From an uncultured Spirochaetota bacterium (GTDB taxonomy: Bacteria > Spirochaetota > Brevinematia > Brevinematales > JAOACQ01): 64,000 nt of DNA. The position numbers were made by a program, and so were the translations under genes. The notes under the pieces are model-generated. The model was not told the origin of the DNA and searched no databases. It saw only the letters and a list, made by a program, of their open reading frames with translations. Positions 60,739 through 64,000 of this stretch are shown here, piece after piece. Location of the stretch: the NCBI GenBank assembly GCA_963768055.1, contig CAVYGN010000001.1, positions 832,001-896,000 on the forward strand, written 5' to 3'. The number at the start of each line of letters is the position of its first letter. Positions within the stretch are counted from its first letter, which is position 1.

Positions 60739-62403
60739 ATGACTTTTAAATATGCGATGAGTCCAATAACCTTGCTGATCCCACCGGTATGTTTTGGGAT
60801 CCTGATGGGAGGGTTTCTCCTGTTTTTATACATGTATATTCAGTATAAGAGCAAATTATATCTATCTATGGCTTTACTCGGTTTTTTATGCATGCTCTTC
60901 ACAGGCTCCGAAACGATGATCCTGACTTTCGGCGGCTGGCTTCATAATGCGCCCCTTTCAAGGCAGTTCGACAGGATTGAGCATTGTATCGGAGCCTTTT
61001 TCCTTTTTATTTTTCCTTATTACCTTTCCTATCTTCTGGAACTTAATAAAAAGTGGCAGAAAATCAACCGATTCCTGGCGCTTTTGGCATTTATAATTGC
61101 ATCTGTCATCACCGTATTAGCATATATTTACCCCTCCAGCCTGATTTCTCAATCACAGCCGACTTCAACATACCTCACGACGGAAGGGGATTACGGAAGG
61201 GGACTTGAGGGGCCTCTCTATAATATAAGGGATTTCCTTGTAGGTTTGATTATAATTTACACTCTTGTCTGCACGATAACGGATCTAGTCTGGCATAAGA
61301 AATTTTATTATCTTGTATTTACCCTGGCAGGTATCCTGATTGCGATTTACTGTGCGGTTGACGATATTCTTTATGTTTATTTGAAATTCAATCCCGACCC
61401 GCTGTCGAATTATCTTTTTTCAAGGTTCAGTTTCGGTATAACTATGCTCAGTACCCTCTCTATGGCCGGCCTGACGAGACTTTTTGTCGGGAGTATAAAG
61501 GAGGTGGAAAAGGTTAACAAGATAATTACTTTATCGGAAAAAAAATACCGTTTGATAGTCGAAGGCTCAAGCGATTTTATATTTTCTATTAACAGCGATC
61601 TTCAGATAATAAATGTAAACGAATCGATGCAGACGCTTCTTAATTTAAGAGTCGATAAAGACATTCCCTTTACTTTTATGGACCTTATTTATAACAGTAA
61701 AGATGATAACGGACTGACTGAAAGGATAATCAAATCGAATCTGGATGCCCTTTTGAAGGAAAGAAAACCTTTCGATCAAAAAGTGCTGTTCAAACCGTTT
61801 ACAAGTGATGAACCCAAGGAATTCCGGGTCCGGCTCGAATATATCAAGATTGAGGAAGAGTATGAAATAGTCGGAAGGGCTACTCCGATAGATGAGGATA
61901 TCCTGCTTGACTGTTTCTGCTCCGAGGCCCAGAAATATATAATTGGGAATTACCTGATCACTGCGGATGAAATGAGCAAGCGTCTTGTGAGAAATCTCAA
62001 CCGTTATTTGAAACCGCAGGAAGTGAGTTATCTCAGAGTATGCCTGCGTGAAATAGTTATAAACGCCATAGAACACGGTAATCTTGCGATTTCTTTCGAG
62101 GAAAAAACCGAAGCGATGAAGAATGAGAATTATATGGAATATATTCTTAAAAAACAGCAGAACCCTCTTTACAGGGACAAAAAAATAATAATAGAATACA
62201 AAATAACTCCCGGTTATGCAATCTATAAAATATCCGATGAAGGGAACGGTTTCGATTACCAGAAAGTGATCGATGACATTAAGAATAATGTGCGGGATAG
62301 ATTCCTTCCACATGGGAGGGGTATATCAATGGCCTTTGATATATTCGATGTAATTAAATTTAATAAAAAAGGAAACAAGGTCATTCTTATGAAAAATTTC
62401 TAA
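60739..62403 (+). CDS. Multi-TM sensor with PAS domain and RsbW-type (HATPase_c_2) kinase domain
   Basis: About 7 TM helices; EKKYRLIVEGSSDFIF (PAS); LREIVINAIEHGN, ISDEGNGFD, HGRGI. Confidence 0.8.
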   Translation: MTFKYAMSPITLLIPPVCFGILMGGFLLFLYMYIQYKSKLYLSMALLGFLCMLFTGSETMILTFGGWLHNAPLSRQFDRIEHCIGAFFLFIFPYYLSYLLELNKKWQKINRFLALLAFIIASVITVLAYIYPSSLISQSQPTSTYLTTEGDYGRGLEGPLYNIRDFLVGLIIIYTLVCTITDLVWHKKFYYLVFTLAGILIAIYCAVDDILYVYLKFNPDPLSNYLFSRFSFGITMLSTLSMAGLTRLFVGSIKEVEKVNKIITLSEKKYRLIVEGSSDFIFSINSDLQIINVNESMQTLLNLRVDKDIPFTFMDLIYNSKDDNGLTERIIKSNLDALLKERKPFDQKVLFKPFTSDEPKEFRVRLEYIKIEEEYEIVGRATPIDEDILLDCFCSEAQKYIIGNYLITADEMSKRLVRNLNRYLKPQEVSYLRVCLREIVINAIEHGNLAISFEEKTEAMKNENYMEYILKKQQNPLYRDKKIIIEYKITPGYAIYKISDEGNGFDYQKVIDDIKNNVRDRFLPHGRGISMAFDIFDVIKFNKKGNKVILMKNF

Positions 62404-62419
62404 TATTGAGGAGGTTTTT

Positions 62420-62842
62420 ATGTGGTTCTTTGAATTCCTGTTCCTAGTTATCGGAGGCGCCCTTGCTATTCCAAATATTGTAATTGACAGGGTCCCGAAC
62501 GCTTCTGATGTCCTTAAAAAAATATCGCCTTACCAGCCATGGTTCGGTATCGTTCTGTTAATATGGGGTATTCTGGATTTCCTGTCGGGTCTGGCAGGCC
62601 GTCTCTTCGGATCCGGTTTTTTAAGCACATTATTCATGTTAATCGTAATTTTGATAGAAATTTGCCTAGGATTGATATTATCTATGAATTTTCTTAAACA
62701 AATAAAGGAACTTCCGGCAAAAGAACTTCAAAAGCTTGAAAAAACTCTTATTAAATATCAGTCAGCGTTTGGAATCGGAGGAATAATAGCAGGAATCTAT
62801 ATTCTTCTTAGATCCACGATCCTGTTTAATATCAAGTTCTGA
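62420..62842 (+). CDS. Hypothetical membrane protein (4 TM)
   Basis: Four hydrophobic segments with two internal K..PYQ/KYQ repeats; GGAGG RBS. Confidence 0.7.
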   Translation: MWFFEFLFLVIGGALAIPNIVIDRVPNASDVLKKISPYQPWFGIVLLIWGILDFLSGLAGRLFGSGFLSTLFMLIVILIEICLGLILSMNFLKQIKELPAKELQKLEKTLIKYQSAFGIGGIIAGIYILLRSTILFNIKF

Positions 62843-62866
62843 ATTTCCGTAATTTCGAATTATTAA

Positions 62867-63086
62867 AGGGCGATTCCAAAAACTAACTTTGTTAGTAATA
62901 AAAGATGTTCTAATCATAATGAAACCGCCCAATGGTGCCCTGGTGCCTGGCCTCAGGAGAGGCCACTTGTCCCCGTAAGGGTTTATCCCCGCATGGGGGC
63001 TACCTTGCCGCTTTGCCTGTATCGGCTTGCCCGATGAAAAGGCGCTTGTCCTGAGCCGAAGACTCAGGGGTTTTTAGAAGTGCCCT
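62867..63086. repeat. 220-bp MITE-like multi-hairpin element
   Basis: TIRs AGGGCGATTCCAAAAAC and AGGGCACTTCTAAAAAC (reverse complement), 14/17 match; at least five internal hairpins. Confidence 0.75.
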
Positions 63087-63186
63087 AAATAACCGCCGCT
63101 AAAAAAATATCTTAAAAAGCTAATACATTCCTGATTTTAATCGAAAAACTAATAAGGATCGGTAAATATAGTTTAGGAGGAGCGGT

Positions 63187-63990
63187 ATGTTCGGAATAGA
63201 AAAAGAGGTTTACGAACAGATACTTTTCCTTAAGGAAAATTTCAGGCTGGAAGCAATAAAGGCTGAATTTGAGGCTGAAGGATCATCCTTCAACGATCTT
63301 GTGAGGTTAAGAAGACTGACGTCACAGGCCGGTGTTAAATTGTTCTTAAAGATCGGCGGAGTGGAAGCTTTGAGGGATATCAAGGATTCCCTTGAACTCG
63401 GGGTGGACGGTATCGTTGCGCCTATGGTTGAAAGCAGTTTCGGTTTAAAGAAATTTATGGATGCATATAAAAGTATTTACCGGGATAATAAGATAAGACT
63501 GTCAATAAATATTGAAACAAAAAATGCAGTGGGACAGCTGGAAGATATTCTTTTACAGGGAAAAGGGACAATTGACAATATAACGCTTGGAAGGACGGAT
63601 CTTTCCGCTTCTTTTATGGATAAAGCAATAACACCCGATACCAATTTCGTAATGGATCTTATAGGCTATGTCGGAAAGAGGGCTAAAATCGAGGGTTTTT
63701 CTTTTACAGTGGGCGGCAGCATAAGCGCGATGTCTATTGATAAATTCTCTGAAAACCCCTCCGTTACTTATAATATTGACCATATTGAAACAAGAAAAGT
63801 CGTATTGCCGAAAAATGTATTTATAAACAAGGATAATGCGTTAAACGAAGCTCTTCGTTTCGAAGAATTGTATATTCTTTCTAAGAAGGAAATCAGCGAT
63901 GTCATGGTCGGGCAGGAACTATCAAGGTTGACAAAGCTGTCCGACCGGGCGGGAAGCATAATGGAAAGAGTTGCTAAAAACCTGGCCTAG
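63187..63990 (+). CDS. HpcH/HpaI aldolase/citrate-lyase-family protein
   Basis: IKAEFEAEG, KIGGVEA, IVAPMVES, INIET, GRTDL. Confidence 0.8.
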   Translation: MFGIEKEVYEQILFLKENFRLEAIKAEFEAEGSSFNDLVRLRRLTSQAGVKLFLKIGGVEALRDIKDSLELGVDGIVAPMVESSFGLKKFMDAYKSIYRDNKIRLSINIETKNAVGQLEDILLQGKGTIDNITLGRTDLSASFMDKAITPDTNFVMDLIGYVGKRAKIEGFSFTVGGSISAMSIDKFSENPSVTYNIDHIETRKVVLPKNVFINKDNALNEALRFEELYILSKKEISDVMVGQELSRLTKLSDRAGSIMERVAKNLA

Positions 63991-64000
63991 TTATCGAAAT

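Overview
A gene-dense bacterial chromosomal window with about 55 CDS and no rRNA, tRNA or CRISPR array. The gene content and synteny (FliK-like/FlhB-like/HD-GYP/YraN block, very long LptD-like protein, HEAT-repeat and SpsF-like genes) suggest a free-living spirochaete; this is inference only. Housekeeping content: a CsgG-family lipoprotein locus, ppx-ppk1, gnd-zwf-pgl, glmS, tgt, surE, thpR, proS, pyrD, fba and alr. Zinc uptake is split into znuA and a znuC-znuB-zur-DUF318-TIGR03943 operon, each with the same 17-bp operator. A complete chemosensory cluster (cheB, cheD, cheR, degenerate MCP, cheA, cheY, cheW, Cache MCP, REC-PP2C) is interrupted by an IS1380 element with a 5-bp target duplication. 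An IS3-family element and an ECF sigma/ZAS anti-sigma/Spy-like triad are also present. The most interesting signals are: (1) an MshEN-type tandem c-di-GMP-binding motif inside CheA, in a chemosensory operon ending in a PP2C phosphatase, with a degenerate YD-GYP protein elsewhere in the window; (2) a ~270-bp long-palindromic repeat family with an apparent compensatory change, one copy of which supplies the 3' end of an orphan lipoprotein ORF; (3) short non-coding elements with related AGGGC..TTC termini but different hairpin payloads; (4) a candidate Zur operator, ATGCAAAY-N-RTTTGCAT. All family assignments come from recognising motifs by eye; no database searches were run.
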